Shown: one piece after another, positions 22,458 to 31,335 of the stretch
How positions within the stretch are numbered: position 1 is the stretch's first letter
How the letters are laid out: every line of letters starts with the position of its first letter
DNA from: an uncultured Clostridia bacterium
GTDB lineage: Bacteria; Bacillota; Clostridia; Christensenellales; Aristaeellaceae
Direction of reading: 5' to 3'
Length of the DNA stretch: 37,312 nt
NCBI GenBank assembly: GCA_946615785.1
Contig: CAMOIA010000001.1
Location: forward strand, 1-37,312
Position numbers and translations under genes: made by a program
Notes under the pieces: model-generated
Told to the model about the DNA's origin: nothing
Databases searched by the model: none
What the model saw: the letters and a program-made list of their open reading frames with translations, nothing else

Positions 22458-22724
22458 TTAATTCTTCTGCGCCGCGGTCTTCTGATCGTACTGCGCTTCC
22501 AGATGCTCCATCTGGTTCGCCGTCCGCTCGTCCTGCCGGATGCTGTTCTCCACAACTTCCGCGATATAGTCCGGCACTTCCACCTCGACCCCGCGCGGAA
22601 TCATGTAGCTTTCACCGTTCACCGCGGCGTACACCGCGTCCTTATACCGCCCGTTGTCCCGGAAAAGCTTAATCTTGACCATGTTCTTTCCGTTCTCGGG
22701 TGCCTTCGCTTTCGTTTCCGCCAT
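22458..22724 (-). CDS. Small capsid-adjacent protein (88 aa)
   Basis: ATG 22724 follows CAGGAGGCAGCT. 'VKIKLFRDNGRYKDAVYAAVNGESYMIPRGVEVEVPDYIAEVVENS'. Confidence 0.7.
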   Translation of the reverse strand: MAETKAKAPENGKNMVKIKLFRDNGRYKDAVYAAVNGESYMIPRGVEVEVPDYIAEVVENSIRQDERTANQMEHLEAQYDQKTAAQKN

Positions 22725-22803
22725 AGCTGCCTCCTGTGTATTTTGTCTTAACGCATCGCGCCTTTGCGATCCCAAAGCGCTTTCCTGCGTTCTCAAAGGG
22801 CTT

Positions 22804-22823
22804 GCGGGGCCCGAAGGCCCCGC
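22804..22823 (-). promoter_or_regulatory. Very stable stem-loop (8 GC-rich bp, UUCG tetraloop) 3' of the capsid gene
   Basis: Minus strand: GCGGGGCC-TTCG-GGCCCCGC. Only a weak U-tract follows. Confidence 0.55.
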
Positions 22824-22831
22824 GCATCCCC

Positions 22832-23869
22832 TTAGTTCGGTGCCGCAGAGCTGAAGCTGCCGCTGCTCTCGATGCGGATCATGTTCTGTTCCTTCAGCCG
22901 AAGCGCCGTCTTGGTCGCTTTCCAGCCCACCGTCGCGCGCTGGTTCAACGGGTCATCGCCCGCGCCCAGGGGCTTCACAATGTGCTCAAGGCCAAGGCCG
23001 TTTGCATGGGTCGTCGCGTACGCGCCCTTGCCAAGCACCATGGTCAGGTACACGCTCTTGGCGCCTGTGCCCTCGGTGCCCTTCACGATCTTCGCCTCGG
23101 TGCTCTTCACAAAGCGCACGTTGCCAATCATGCCGATTTCACCATTGTACAGTTCCTCCGGCCTTGCGTACTTGTGCCACTCGATGAACTCCTCGCTGCG
23201 CATCAGGTCGTACGCCGCGTACGGGTGCACAATGGCAACATAGCTGCCGTTAATGGGCTCTGCAAGGTTCGCCTCCAGCATCGCGGCCGCCTTCAGGATC
23301 AGGTCGACCGTCAGCTTGCAGTTCTCGTCCAGATCCTGCCGGCGGGTCACGGGTGTCACCGTACTGCCCACAATGGACGGCGCGTACAGAACGTTTGTGC
23401 CCGCGGTCAGAATGTCGCGGGTGATCGTGTCAAGGCTGCGGCCCGCCTGGCTGCCCATGGCCTTTGTCGCCTGCACCAGAATCGGGTCAATGGTAATCAC
23501 GCTCACAACGTCCGAAATGGCCACGTAATCGCCGTACTGGTAGATGGTCGCGTCCTTCGTGCTCATGCTCAGGCTGTTGCCGTTCGGCGTTACGCCTTCC
23601 GTCAGCGCCGTCGTCTTCTTGTCCAGCACGTCAAAGATTCGCACCTCGACCGTCTTGCCGCCGTGCTCCGGAATGTTGATCTCCTCCGCAAACTGGTCGT
23701 GCACCAGGTACGGCTCCGCATTGTCCACAAGCGTATCATGGTAATACGTCTTGTTCTCGTCCGCCAGTCCCTGCGAACCGGTCGTGTTGGTGTTCAGTTC
23801 GTAATCATGGGTGCCGAAACGGCCAAGGTTCAGCTTTTCCATGCTCTCAAGAAATTCTTTCACGCTCAT
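22832..23869 (-). CDS. Major capsid protein (345 aa from ATG 23869; 353 aa if from ATG 23893)
   Basis: Immediately downstream of the scaffold gene. GAGGAGGG lies 7 nt before ATG 23869, whereas ATG 23893 has no SD but overlaps the scaffold stop as ATGA. The N-terminus carries the L27-like 'KLNLGRFG'. Confidence 0.75.
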   Translation of the reverse strand: MSVKEFLESMEKLNLGRFGTHDYELNTNTTGSQGLADENKTYYHDTLVDNAEPYLVHDQFAEEINIPEHGGKTVEVRIFDVLDKKTTALTEGVTPNGNSLSMSTKDATIYQYGDYVAISDVVSVITIDPILVQATKAMGSQAGRSLDTITRDILTAGTNVLYAPSIVGSTVTPVTRRQDLDENCKLTVDLILKAAAMLEANLAEPINGSYVAIVHPYAAYDLMRSEEFIEWHKYARPEELYNGEIGMIGNVRFVKSTEAKIVKGTEGTGAKSVYLTMVLGKGAYATTHANGLGLEHIVKPLGAGDDPLNQRATVGWKATKTALRLKEQNMIRIESSGSFSSAAPN

Positions 23870-23889
23870 TTGTTTACCCTCCTCATTCG

Positions 23890-24843
23890 TCATGAGAAGG
23901 TGATCGTCTTCCCCCTCATGACCTGTCTTGCAATTTCCTCGCGGTCAGCTTTTGTCAGCTTCTTCACATCGTTTTTCACGATGCTCGCGGGGTTCCCCTG
24001 CGCCGCGCCTTCCACGGGCCGCATGCCCCGCGCCTGAATGTTCTGAATCGTCTGCTTCTGCGCTGCCGTCGCCGCGTACTGCGCCATGCCGCGCATCAGC
24101 TCGTCGTGGTGTATCACCTCATACGCCTGCCGCATCGGGATGCGCTGTTTCACCAGCGCCACAAACTGCGGGTTCTGGAACTCCGCGTCCATATCGAATT
24201 GCGGATACACGCCCCGCACCTGCTCGGCCTCCTGCCGCCAGGCGTCAATCTGCCTGGTGACTTCCGCCTGCTCCTGCTGCGCCTTCTGCATCTGCCGGAA
24301 ACGTTCGTTTTCAGCCCGAAGCGCCTGCATCTGCCGGTACTGGTCTACCGTCATCCCCGCTTTGTCGGCCTGCTCCATCAGGAACTTTTTGTCCCCGTCA
24401 ATGGCCGCGCCGATTGCGTCCAGGTTCTGCGGATCCACCCCGTACCGCGCCGCCACTTTCTCGGCCATCTCGCGGTACTTGCGGTTGCTTTCCTCCAGCC
24501 CCTTGGTCTCGGCAAAGCGTTTGTTGATAATGCCCTGCGTTGCCTTGGTGTACTGTTCTTTGTACTTGCCGTTGATCAGCTCGCGGAACTCCGCGTCCGG
24601 ATCGCTGGCTGCTTCCGTTGGTTCTGCCCCGGCGTCAGGCTTCGTTTCTTTCGCCGCCTCCGGCTGCTTTCCGTAAAGCACCGTCGGCGCCTTCGCCCGC
24701 TGCTGCGCGGCGTCCGCAGCTGTGTTTTCCCCGCCCGTGTTTTCGCCTCCGGCCGCTCCGCCTTCGCCCGCGCCGCCCTCGGCAAATCTCTGTATATTGA
24801 ATTGTCCCAGGCCTTCCAGCCAGCCGTCAGTCATCTGATACAT
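23890..24843 (-). CDS. Scaffolding protein (317 aa)
   Basis: A/E/Q/K-rich helical protein directly upstream of the capsid gene. N-terminal 'GQFNIQRFAEGG' is L27-like. Confidence 0.7.
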   Translation of the reverse strand: MYQMTDGWLEGLGQFNIQRFAEGGAGEGGAAGGENTGGENTAADAAQQRAKAPTVLYGKQPEAAKETKPDAGAEPTEAASDPDAEFRELINGKYKEQYTKATQGIINKRFAETKGLEESNRKYREMAEKVAARYGVDPQNLDAIGAAIDGDKKFLMEQADKAGMTVDQYRQMQALRAENERFRQMQKAQQEQAEVTRQIDAWRQEAEQVRGVYPQFDMDAEFQNPQFVALVKQRIPMRQAYEVIHHDELMRGMAQYAATAAQKQTIQNIQARGMRPVEGAAQGNPASIVKNDVKKLTKADREEIARQVMRGKTITFS

Positions 24844-24845
24844 TG

Positions 24846-24887
24846 ATTATAACCCCTTTCCCGTCCGTTTTTCTACACCTGCGGCCC
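24846..24887 (-). promoter_or_regulatory. Box A: 19-nt conserved box (24869-24887), 18 nt, TATAAT (24846-24851), upstream of the scaffold gene
   Basis: Minus strand: GGGCCGCAGGTGTAGAAAA-N-TATAAT. The geometry is identical to box B at 31991-32032. Confidence 0.5.
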
Positions 24888-25130
24888 GTCGGTTTCTTCG
24901 CTCTCGTCCGTCAGCAGGATCGTCCCGCCGGCAGCGCCCGCCGCGTCCGTCAGGCCCTCGCCGATGATGTAGGCCACCACGCTCGCGCCCGCGATGATCA
25001 GCGCGGCAATCTTCTCCGCCTTCTCCGCCGTGCCTCCGCAGGCGATGATCAGCATGGAAATAAACGAAGTCAGCGCTACCCAGAATTTGCGGCTTGTCAG
25101 CTTGCGCACCCAGTCGATTCCCTGAAACAT
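24873..25130 (-). CDS. Holin (two TM segments; 85 aa from ATG 25130, or 88 aa from GTG 25139)
   Basis: 'LTSRKFWVALTSFISMLIIACGG' and 'IAALIIAGASVVAYIIGEGL', with an acidic C-terminus. Adjacent to the endolysin. Confidence 0.75.
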   Translation of the reverse strand: MFQGIDWVRKLTSRKFWVALTSFISMLIIACGGTAEKAEKIAALIIAGASVVAYIIGEGLTDAAGAAGGTILLTDESEETDGPQV

Positions 25131-25135
25131 TGCTT

Positions 25136-25480
25136 TCACTCCTCTCCTTTTGTGTCCGGTTTCTGTGTTGGCAGGTCAAGAAACTTTTTATGAATGTCGT
25201 TAATTACACCGTTCACGCCCAGCGCCTCATACTGCACCCAGCAATTCTCAAAGTTTTGCCTTGCGTAAATCGGCGCCCAGCCCTTTTCCGAATACCGGTT
25301 ATAGTCCGCAATCATCTGCGCCCGAAGCAGCGCCTGCACGCCCAGCGCAAGCGCGTCCGTCTTCTCCGCAATCTTGCTTTTCGCGTTGTCCTTCCGGATC
25401 GCCCTGCGCTCGATCCAGTTCAAAAGCGCCGTCACAATCCCCGGCACGCCCACAAGTGCAAGAATTTCGTACCACATCAT
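25136..25480 (-). CDS. Membrane-anchored lysis-cassette protein (114 aa); possibly a second holin or regulator
   Basis: ATG 25480 follows GAGGTGGTGG. N-terminal TM 'WYEILALVGVPGIVTALLNWI'. Its stop overlaps the holin start region. Confidence 0.65.
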   Translation of the reverse strand: MMWYEILALVGVPGIVTALLNWIERRAIRKDNAKSKIAEKTDALALGVQALLRAQMIADYNRYSEKGWAPIYARQNFENCWVQYEALGVNGVINDIHKKFLDLPTQKPDTKGEE

Positions 25481-25490
25481 TGCCACCACC

Positions 25491-26357
25491 TCACCCGTGC
25501 AGCCCCGCGTCAATTCTTTCAATCAGGATGGAAAGTGCCTCCCGGATCTCCATCAGGATCTCCGTCTGGCTCCTGCCCGCCTGGCTCTCGGTCAGGCCGC
25601 TGTACACCCTCTCGATTTCGCCCTGCGCGCTGATGGGCTCGGCGTAGGTCTGCGCCGCCTGCGTTTCCGGTGCCTTCAGATATTTTCGCATCACATACCC
25701 TTCAACGCCTCCGGTGTACACCTGCGCCCAGGTTTCGTCCACCTCGTAGCGCACTTCCACCTCGGTGCCCACCTTCAGGCTCTTTACAACGCTGTAATTC
25801 GTCCCGGGCCCGCTGCGCAGGTTCACGTTTCCGCCGTTCTCGCTTGTGATCTCGCGCCCGTAGTCCACCATTTTCCAGCCGTCCCGGCTTATCGGTGCCA
25901 TGGTTCTGTCAACTCCTTTCAGAAATCCGCATTTCTTCCAGTCTCCGACGCTGCTGTCCACCTTCTTCCCGCCCTGCACCGTTGTGCAGTGCAGAATCTG
26001 CAGCGGGTGCACCGTCACAACAACGCCGATATGGTAATAGTCGTTCTGATCCGGATGCCCCCTGTACGTGTCCGGCAGCCTCCACCCAGGATCGCCGGGC
26101 GGGCGCAGCTTATACACCACCATGCCCTCCGCAAGCGTTCCCGCGTTCGCTATCTCAAGGCCCTGCATCATGTACCGCGCAGACGCGTTGCTCCCGGTGC
26201 CAGCGTTCCATCTTCCGCCCGCAAGCGTGTAGGCCTCTTTTATAAGGCCTATGCAGTCGCACCCGCCGTCCGGCGTCAGGCCTCCGCAGTCTTTCAGATA
26301 ATACTTAATCCGGTTCGCGATGATCTGCGCCGCGTTCACAAAGTCGCTCACCGTCAT
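25491..26357 (-). CDS. Endolysin: NlpC/P60-type endopeptidase plus a C-terminal SH3b domain (288 aa)
   Basis: ATG 26357 overlaps the upstream stop as ATGA. 'GGCDCIGLIKEAY' and 'YYHIGVV' (Cys/His). 'GGNVNLRSGPGTNYSVVKSLKVGTEVEV' is SH3b-like. Confidence 0.8.
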   Translation of the reverse strand: MTVSDFVNAAQIIANRIKYYLKDCGGLTPDGGCDCIGLIKEAYTLAGGRWNAGTGSNASARYMMQGLEIANAGTLAEGMVVYKLRPPGDPGWRLPDTYRGHPDQNDYYHIGVVVTVHPLQILHCTTVQGGKKVDSSVGDWKKCGFLKGVDRTMAPISRDGWKMVDYGREITSENGGNVNLRSGPGTNYSVVKSLKVGTEVEVRYEVDETWAQVYTGGVEGYVMRKYLKAPETQAAQTYAEPISAQGEIERVYSGLTESQAGRSQTEILMEIREALSILIERIDAGLHG

Positions 26358-27505
26358 GTTTCTGCCGCCTCCTTCCAGATAAATTTGACCTGGCAATTTG
26401 CTACATGGGTCTCTTCCTGAACCGGCTCCAGCTCCGTGAAAAAGGTTGCCTTCGCGCCCCCGTAGCTCACAAAGCTCGGGTTAATCGAATAGGTTTCCGT
26501 GCCCGTCTGCCTGAAGTCCACGCAGTATTCTATATAGTCGCTGTCTGTCGGATCCGTCTGCAGTTCAATCTCCGTATTGATCGCGACGGCCCCGCCCACG
26601 TACTGCCCGTCTTCCGTCCAGTTCTGCGCATAAACGGCTTTTACAGCCTGCGTTGTTCCCTCGTTGTAGCGCACCATCACAATCAAACTGCAATGGCTTG
26701 CATAGCTTGCGGAAAGCACCAGCGTGCACTCGAACCGAAGGGTGCACCCGTCCTGGCTCCCGATGGCCTGCCCGGTCTTTGCCATTCTGTACCAGGTTCG
26801 CCCGCCGTTTGCCGGGATCATGGGAAAGGATCTTTTCGCCGTGTCGCTGTATTCGCATGTTACCTCGCCGGCCGGCTGCGGCACGTTTTGCTCCGGCTGA
26901 AACCAAAGGATTCTGTCGCCGTCCGGCTGCGTATCGCTTACGATGATCTTATAATCCAGCCCGCTTGCGCTGTTCTTCTGCTGCTCGATCACGTCCGCAA
27001 TCAGGCTTGTGATATTCTGCCCGGCGACGGTCAGCCCCTCGCGAAACTCGCCCGTCCTCGCGTTCACGTCTCCGCCGTTGCCAAGGATCAGGCTCGGGAT
27101 GCCGTCCGCGCCGGATCCGAACTGGATCATGCTGCCCGCGTCGTTGGCGATCAGCTTCAGCAGCCCGCTCAGCATATAGATTTCCCCGGCCGTCAGCTCT
27201 ATGCCGGTGTTGTCTATCCGGATGGTGTTGTTTTCAACGCCCTCCGGCGTCTTCTCGCTCAGCGCCTGCACCTGCAATATCAGCTCTTCCGTCGCCTCCA
27301 GCGTCATCCTTGAACGCTTGATCAATAGCTCGTATTCCTCGTTGGCCTTCTGCGTCAGGTTCTCCGGCTCGATATGGTTCTGAAAATACCGAAGCTGTTC
27401 CGCCAGCTGGTAAAGATAGCTGTGGATCTTCCGAAGCGCGTCCTTGTCTTCCAGGTGCTCTCCGATCTCGCCCAGCTTTTTCAGGTCAATCCGCATGTCC
27501 GCCAA
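26354..27505 (-). CDS. Receptor-binding/fibre-like protein (383 aa): N-terminal coiled coil and a C-terminal beta-rich domain
   Basis: TTG 27505 is 8 nt after GGAGGT; ATG 27496 is an alternative. The function is inferred only from its architecture and its position next to the lysis genes. Confidence 0.65.
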   Translation of the reverse strand: MADMRIDLKKLGEIGEHLEDKDALRKIHSYLYQLAEQLRYFQNHIEPENLTQKANEEYELLIKRSRMTLEATEELILQVQALSEKTPEGVENNTIRIDNTGIELTAGEIYMLSGLLKLIANDAGSMIQFGSGADGIPSLILGNGGDVNARTGEFREGLTVAGQNITSLIADVIEQQKNSASGLDYKIIVSDTQPDGDRILWFQPEQNVPQPAGEVTCEYSDTAKRSFPMIPANGGRTWYRMAKTGQAIGSQDGCTLRFECTLVLSASYASHCSLIVMVRYNEGTTQAVKAVYAQNWTEDGQYVGGAVAINTEIELQTDPTDSDYIEYCVDFRQTGTETYSINPSFVSYGGAKATFFTELEPVQEETHVANCQVKFIWKEAAET

Positions 27506-27785
27506 GGATCATCACCTCCACGTGTTCCGGGTGCGCCTCCGCCAGTCTCTTCAGGCTCGCGCTGCAGGCGGTCAGCACTGCCCGCCACTTCTCCCCGCGT
27601 CCCTCCGCGCGCACCGTCTCCCCGTCGTCCGCCTGGTTCCCGCCAAGCATCGCGCACCCGCACCGAAGTACGTCGCTTGCCATGCTCACCGCCGCGCACA
27701 CAATCTCCCGGCCCGCCTTTTCCTTTTCCGCGTGCCCGGTGATCAGGATCCGGCCCGCCTCCGGCTCTATCTTCACCCGGATCAT
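27486..27785 (-). CDS. prp: Prp-family (ribosomal L27-processing-type) cysteine protease homologue (99 aa)
   Basis: 'ITGHAEKEKAGREIVCAAVS' matches the Prp His...Cys dyad pattern GHA-x(n)-(D/E)IVCAAVS. ATG 27785 overlaps the portal stop as ATGA. Confidence 0.75.
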   Translation of the reverse strand: MIRVKIEPEAGRILITGHAEKEKAGREIVCAAVSMASDVLRCGCAMLGGNQADDGETVRAEGRGEKWRAVLTACSASLKRLAEAHPEHVEVMILGGHAD

Positions 27786-29902
27786 CTCGGGCTCGCCCCC
27801 TCCTGCACCCGCGCCCGCGCGTTCTCAACCAGCTTGGGCTCTTCCTTCAGGTTGCCCATGGTGTCCGTCTGCACCTGCCTGCCCGGCACCATCGGCTGCG
27901 GGCCCGCCGCCTGCTGTGCAAAGCCGCCGTCGATCAGCCTCTCCTGTACCATGCTTTCCAGAATGTGGCTGCCGTGATCCCTGTCCACAATCTGCGCAAG
28001 CTTCGCCGTCTGCTGCTGCAGCGCCATGAACCGGGTGTACATCGTCCCGTTTTTCTCAATGTTCCGCATCACCTCGGCCTTGCCGTCAAAATCCATCATG
28101 CCCAGCGTCGCCAGCGCAATGTCCGCGTTCTGCGGGTTGAAAAAGCCCATGCCGAAAAATTCCTTGGCCAGCTCGTTCTGGCTCATCTTGCTGTACTGGC
28201 TCTGCTTCTGCGCCCGCACCACCACGTCAAACACGGGCTTGCGGCTGCTTTCAATCCCGTACAGGTCGTCCCCCCTCGGCGCAAGCCTGGCGTTTGAAAG
28301 CTCCACAAACTTTTGTTCCCCGTCGTCGCCGATCACCCGGAAGGTTCTCCGCTCGGTGTAAAACTGCCGGATGTTTTCAATGATCAGATAGCAGATTTTC
28401 TGAAACGCCCTGTAGCTCCCTTTAATCACGTCCCGGCTGATCTTGCTTCCGGCCTCCTGCAAGGCCGCGATGGCGCTTGCAGCCGTCACGCCTGCCGCGC
28501 CGCCGCTGTTGGCGTCGCGGTTCCCGCTCACTTCCTTCAGTTCCTGAATGTAGTTGTTCAGGATCGTGATATAGTTCCCGCTGATGGAAGGCGCCTCGAT
28601 CATCTTCACGTTCGCGTCGCTCACCTCGCCCGCAACGTGCACCAGCTTGTTCGAATGGTCTTCAAACTCCTCTTCGTTGATGCTCGCGCTGTCGCGGATG
28701 AACCACCGGGTGTTCACGGCCTCCATGGCGTTTTCCGTAATCGCGTTCTGCAGCCGGTCAATCCTCGTCATGACCCCTTTCATCACGTCCACGTATCCAA
28801 AGCCCGCCGGCGATCCCTCAATCCGGTACATGATGTCCATAACAAACGGGTATTCCCCATGGTCATAAAGCCCGCGGTCGCGGGTGCTTTCATCGTTTTC
28901 CGTGCTCGCCAGCACCGTATCCCCGCAGAACTTGCAGAAATGCAGCACCGTCCGCCCGTTCACGTATTTTTTATAATACCAGTCGATGACCGTGCTTTTC
29001 CCGGTCTCATCCGCCGCGTCCTCGTAGGCGTACTCCACCGTGCTGAAATCCTTTCCCCCTACCTTTCCCTTCAGCTGCGGGTACATCGCCTCCAGCGTCT
29101 CGTCGTCCTCAAGGTAAACATAAAACAGGTTTTTGCTTTCCTGCAGCTTGGATATACGCGGCTCCCAATACAGGTTCAAAACGTCCACCCGCCTGATGTC
29201 CACATCTCCAAGCCCGTTCTGCTTGCGCGTGTCCCAGAAAACGCCGTACACCGCCGTGCCGCTTTTCAGCTTGTACTGCCAGGCCTCGTCGTAGGTGCTC
29301 TCAAAGTCGCATTGCTCCAGAATCACCGGAATCACGCTGCCAAGCGTTTCCGCGTCCTGCCGGTCGCTTGCCTCCCTCGGCAGCACACTCAGCGTCGGGT
29401 AATTGTCCATCGCGTCCGCGTGCTTGTTCGCCAGCGTATTGAAAAGCCACCCGCTCGGCGTGTCCGTCTCTCTCTGGATGTGCTTGCTTGTGTACTGCAG
29501 GTGCCGCATCCGCCACCATTTCTCATTTTCCACGATCCTCTGATCGAATAACGCCTTCCCGGCCCTGTACTTGTTCAGGATCTCCCGCGCCTTATCAAGC
29601 TCTTTTTTCCCGATCGGCAGATCTTCCTCCGCCCTTTCCGGCATTTCCGCCCGGACGTATGCGCCGCGCTCCGCGTCCGCGTTCTCCGCCCGGTTTCCGT
29701 TCAGCGCTGCCGTGCCAAGCCTCTCGGTCATCACGTCGGCGGTGGTCATGCCCTGCAGCTCCGTCATGCTGTTTTCAAGCGGCGGGCGCTTCTGCCCTGC
29801 CTCGTCCATGGCCCGCTCGCGGATCTCTTTTTCCTGCGCAGCCTGCACCGCGTTCCGGTATTTCCTGCGCTCCTCGTCTGTCAGCCTTCCAAACTGGCTC
29901 AT
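27782..29902 (-). CDS. Portal protein (706 aa)
   Basis: ATG 29902 follows GAGGAGGGG and lies 3 nt after the terL stop. The N-terminal 42 aa of the track ORF overlap terL. The call rests on size and position after the terminase. Confidence 0.75.
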   Translation of the reverse strand: MSQFGRLTDEERRKYRNAVQAAQEKEIRERAMDEAGQKRPPLENSMTELQGMTTADVMTERLGTAALNGNRAENADAERGAYVRAEMPERAEEDLPIGKKELDKAREILNKYRAGKALFDQRIVENEKWWRMRHLQYTSKHIQRETDTPSGWLFNTLANKHADAMDNYPTLSVLPREASDRQDAETLGSVIPVILEQCDFESTYDEAWQYKLKSGTAVYGVFWDTRKQNGLGDVDIRRVDVLNLYWEPRISKLQESKNLFYVYLEDDETLEAMYPQLKGKVGGKDFSTVEYAYEDAADETGKSTVIDWYYKKYVNGRTVLHFCKFCGDTVLASTENDESTRDRGLYDHGEYPFVMDIMYRIEGSPAGFGYVDVMKGVMTRIDRLQNAITENAMEAVNTRWFIRDSASINEEEFEDHSNKLVHVAGEVSDANVKMIEAPSISGNYITILNNYIQELKEVSGNRDANSGGAAGVTAASAIAALQEAGSKISRDVIKGSYRAFQKICYLIIENIRQFYTERRTFRVIGDDGEQKFVELSNARLAPRGDDLYGIESSRKPVFDVVVRAQKQSQYSKMSQNELAKEFFGMGFFNPQNADIALATLGMMDFDGKAEVMRNIEKNGTMYTRFMALQQQTAKLAQIVDRDHGSHILESMVQERLIDGGFAQQAAGPQPMVPGRQVQTDTMGNLKEEPKLVENARARVQEGASPR

Positions 29903-29904
29903 AC

Positions 29905-31335
29905 TTAACCCCTCCTCAGCATCCCGTACCGCTTCGCCTCGTACAGGTTCAGCGGATCGTCGCCCGGTATCTCTTCCTTCTCCCGCACCTTCGGGCTGAT
30001 CCTGCGTTTCATCAGCACGTACCGGCACTGGTCGTATAAATGGTCTTCCTGCCTCGTGTCCACGTCCTCCACGTCAATCGAAGAATAGACAAGGCTCGGC
30101 AGCGTCCTTATAAAGTTTGTGCAGGTATTGAACACCTGCAGCATCGGTTCCCCGATCTCGTCAAACTGCAGCCGGTAGTGCATCTGCATTTTCCCGGCGA
30201 TCCGCTCATGGTCGCCCCGTTCAAAGTACACGTGATTCCGCTCGAACAGTTCCGCAATGCTCCCCTCGCTGTTTCCCTGGAAGATCGCGGGGTCGGCAAT
30301 CCGTTCCACCCTGCGCCCCTGCAGGTTTGGGTCTTCGCTCTCAATCCGCCGGATTTCCGCCGCGGTCCTGGCCACGTCCCACTGTACGCCCACGTCCGGG
30401 TCGCCGGTGCACCCGTATAATTCCCGGATCATGTACATTTTCCCGCGCTCGTCCACCGCGTACCACCCGCAGGCGAAAGGCTTTGAATAGCCCCAGTCGT
30501 AGCCCATCAGGATCCGCCAGTGCTTCGGGCATCTGAACGGCTCGATCACGTGCGTCCACTTCTGGTCTTCGTAATGGTCGCTGTCGTTCACCCACTCTGT
30601 GAACACCTGCCCGGAAAAGCTGTCCCAGTTCCCGTCCCTCAGCGCCGACCGCTCCTTTTCCGGCAGCGCGCTCAGGTTCATCACGTATTCAGGGCTGTTT
30701 TTCATCAGGGCCAGATTGTCCTGCAGCTTTGCCGGAATGAATACCCGGTACCGCCAGCCCGTCTGTTTCTCGCCCTTCGCGTCTATCCATTCCAGCTTTC
30801 TTTTCACCGGCACCCCCGGCGGCGCCACGGTGATGAACCGCTGCTTGACCCATCCGTGCCCGATCCCGCCCGGGTTCCCGGTCGCCCGGATGTATGTCCG
30901 CGTCCCCGGCCCGCTCGGTCGGTTCCGGCTGAACATGTAGCTGTATTCGTCAAAGCTGAAATGCGTCAGCTCGTCGAAGGCGATGTAATCAAACTGCCAG
31001 CCCTGCCATTTCTCCCTATCCTTCGTGTACTGCATTCCCGCGAAATAGATCTTGGCCCCGCTCGGAAACTTCCAGCAGTTCTGCTGCGCGTTGTACCGCG
31101 CCCCCGGCACCGCCCGCGGGTAGTACCGGTCAGCCTTGTCCAGCAGCTCGCCCAGCTGCCGGTAGGTCTTGCGGAACAGGATCCCCTTGTACCAGGGTAT
31201 TTCCGTTTGCCTCAGCGCCTCCACCACCAGCACGTCGCTTTTCCCGCCGCCGGCGGCCCCGCCGTAGAATGCCTCCCATTCCGGCCGGCTCATAAAAAGC
31301 GCCTGCCTTGGCTGCGGTGTCCACACAACGTCCAT
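29905..31335 (-). CDS. terL: Terminase large subunit (476 aa)
   Basis: Walker A 'GGAAGGGKS' and Walker B-like 'YIAFDELTHF'. Its start overlaps the terS stop (TGATG). Confidence 0.9.
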   Translation of the reverse strand: MDVVWTPQPRQALFMSRPEWEAFYGGAAGGGKSDVLVVEALRQTEIPWYKGILFRKTYRQLGELLDKADRYYPRAVPGARYNAQQNCWKFPSGAKIYFAGMQYTKDREKWQGWQFDYIAFDELTHFSFDEYSYMFSRNRPSGPGTRTYIRATGNPGGIGHGWVKQRFITVAPPGVPVKRKLEWIDAKGEKQTGWRYRVFIPAKLQDNLALMKNSPEYVMNLSALPEKERSALRDGNWDSFSGQVFTEWVNDSDHYEDQKWTHVIEPFRCPKHWRILMGYDWGYSKPFACGWYAVDERGKMYMIRELYGCTGDPDVGVQWDVARTAAEIRRIESEDPNLQGRRVERIADPAIFQGNSEGSIAELFERNHVYFERGDHERIAGKMQMHYRLQFDEIGEPMLQVFNTCTNFIRTLPSLVYSSIDVEDVDTRQEDHLYDQCRYVLMKRRISPKVREKEEIPGDDPLNLYEAKRYGMLRRG

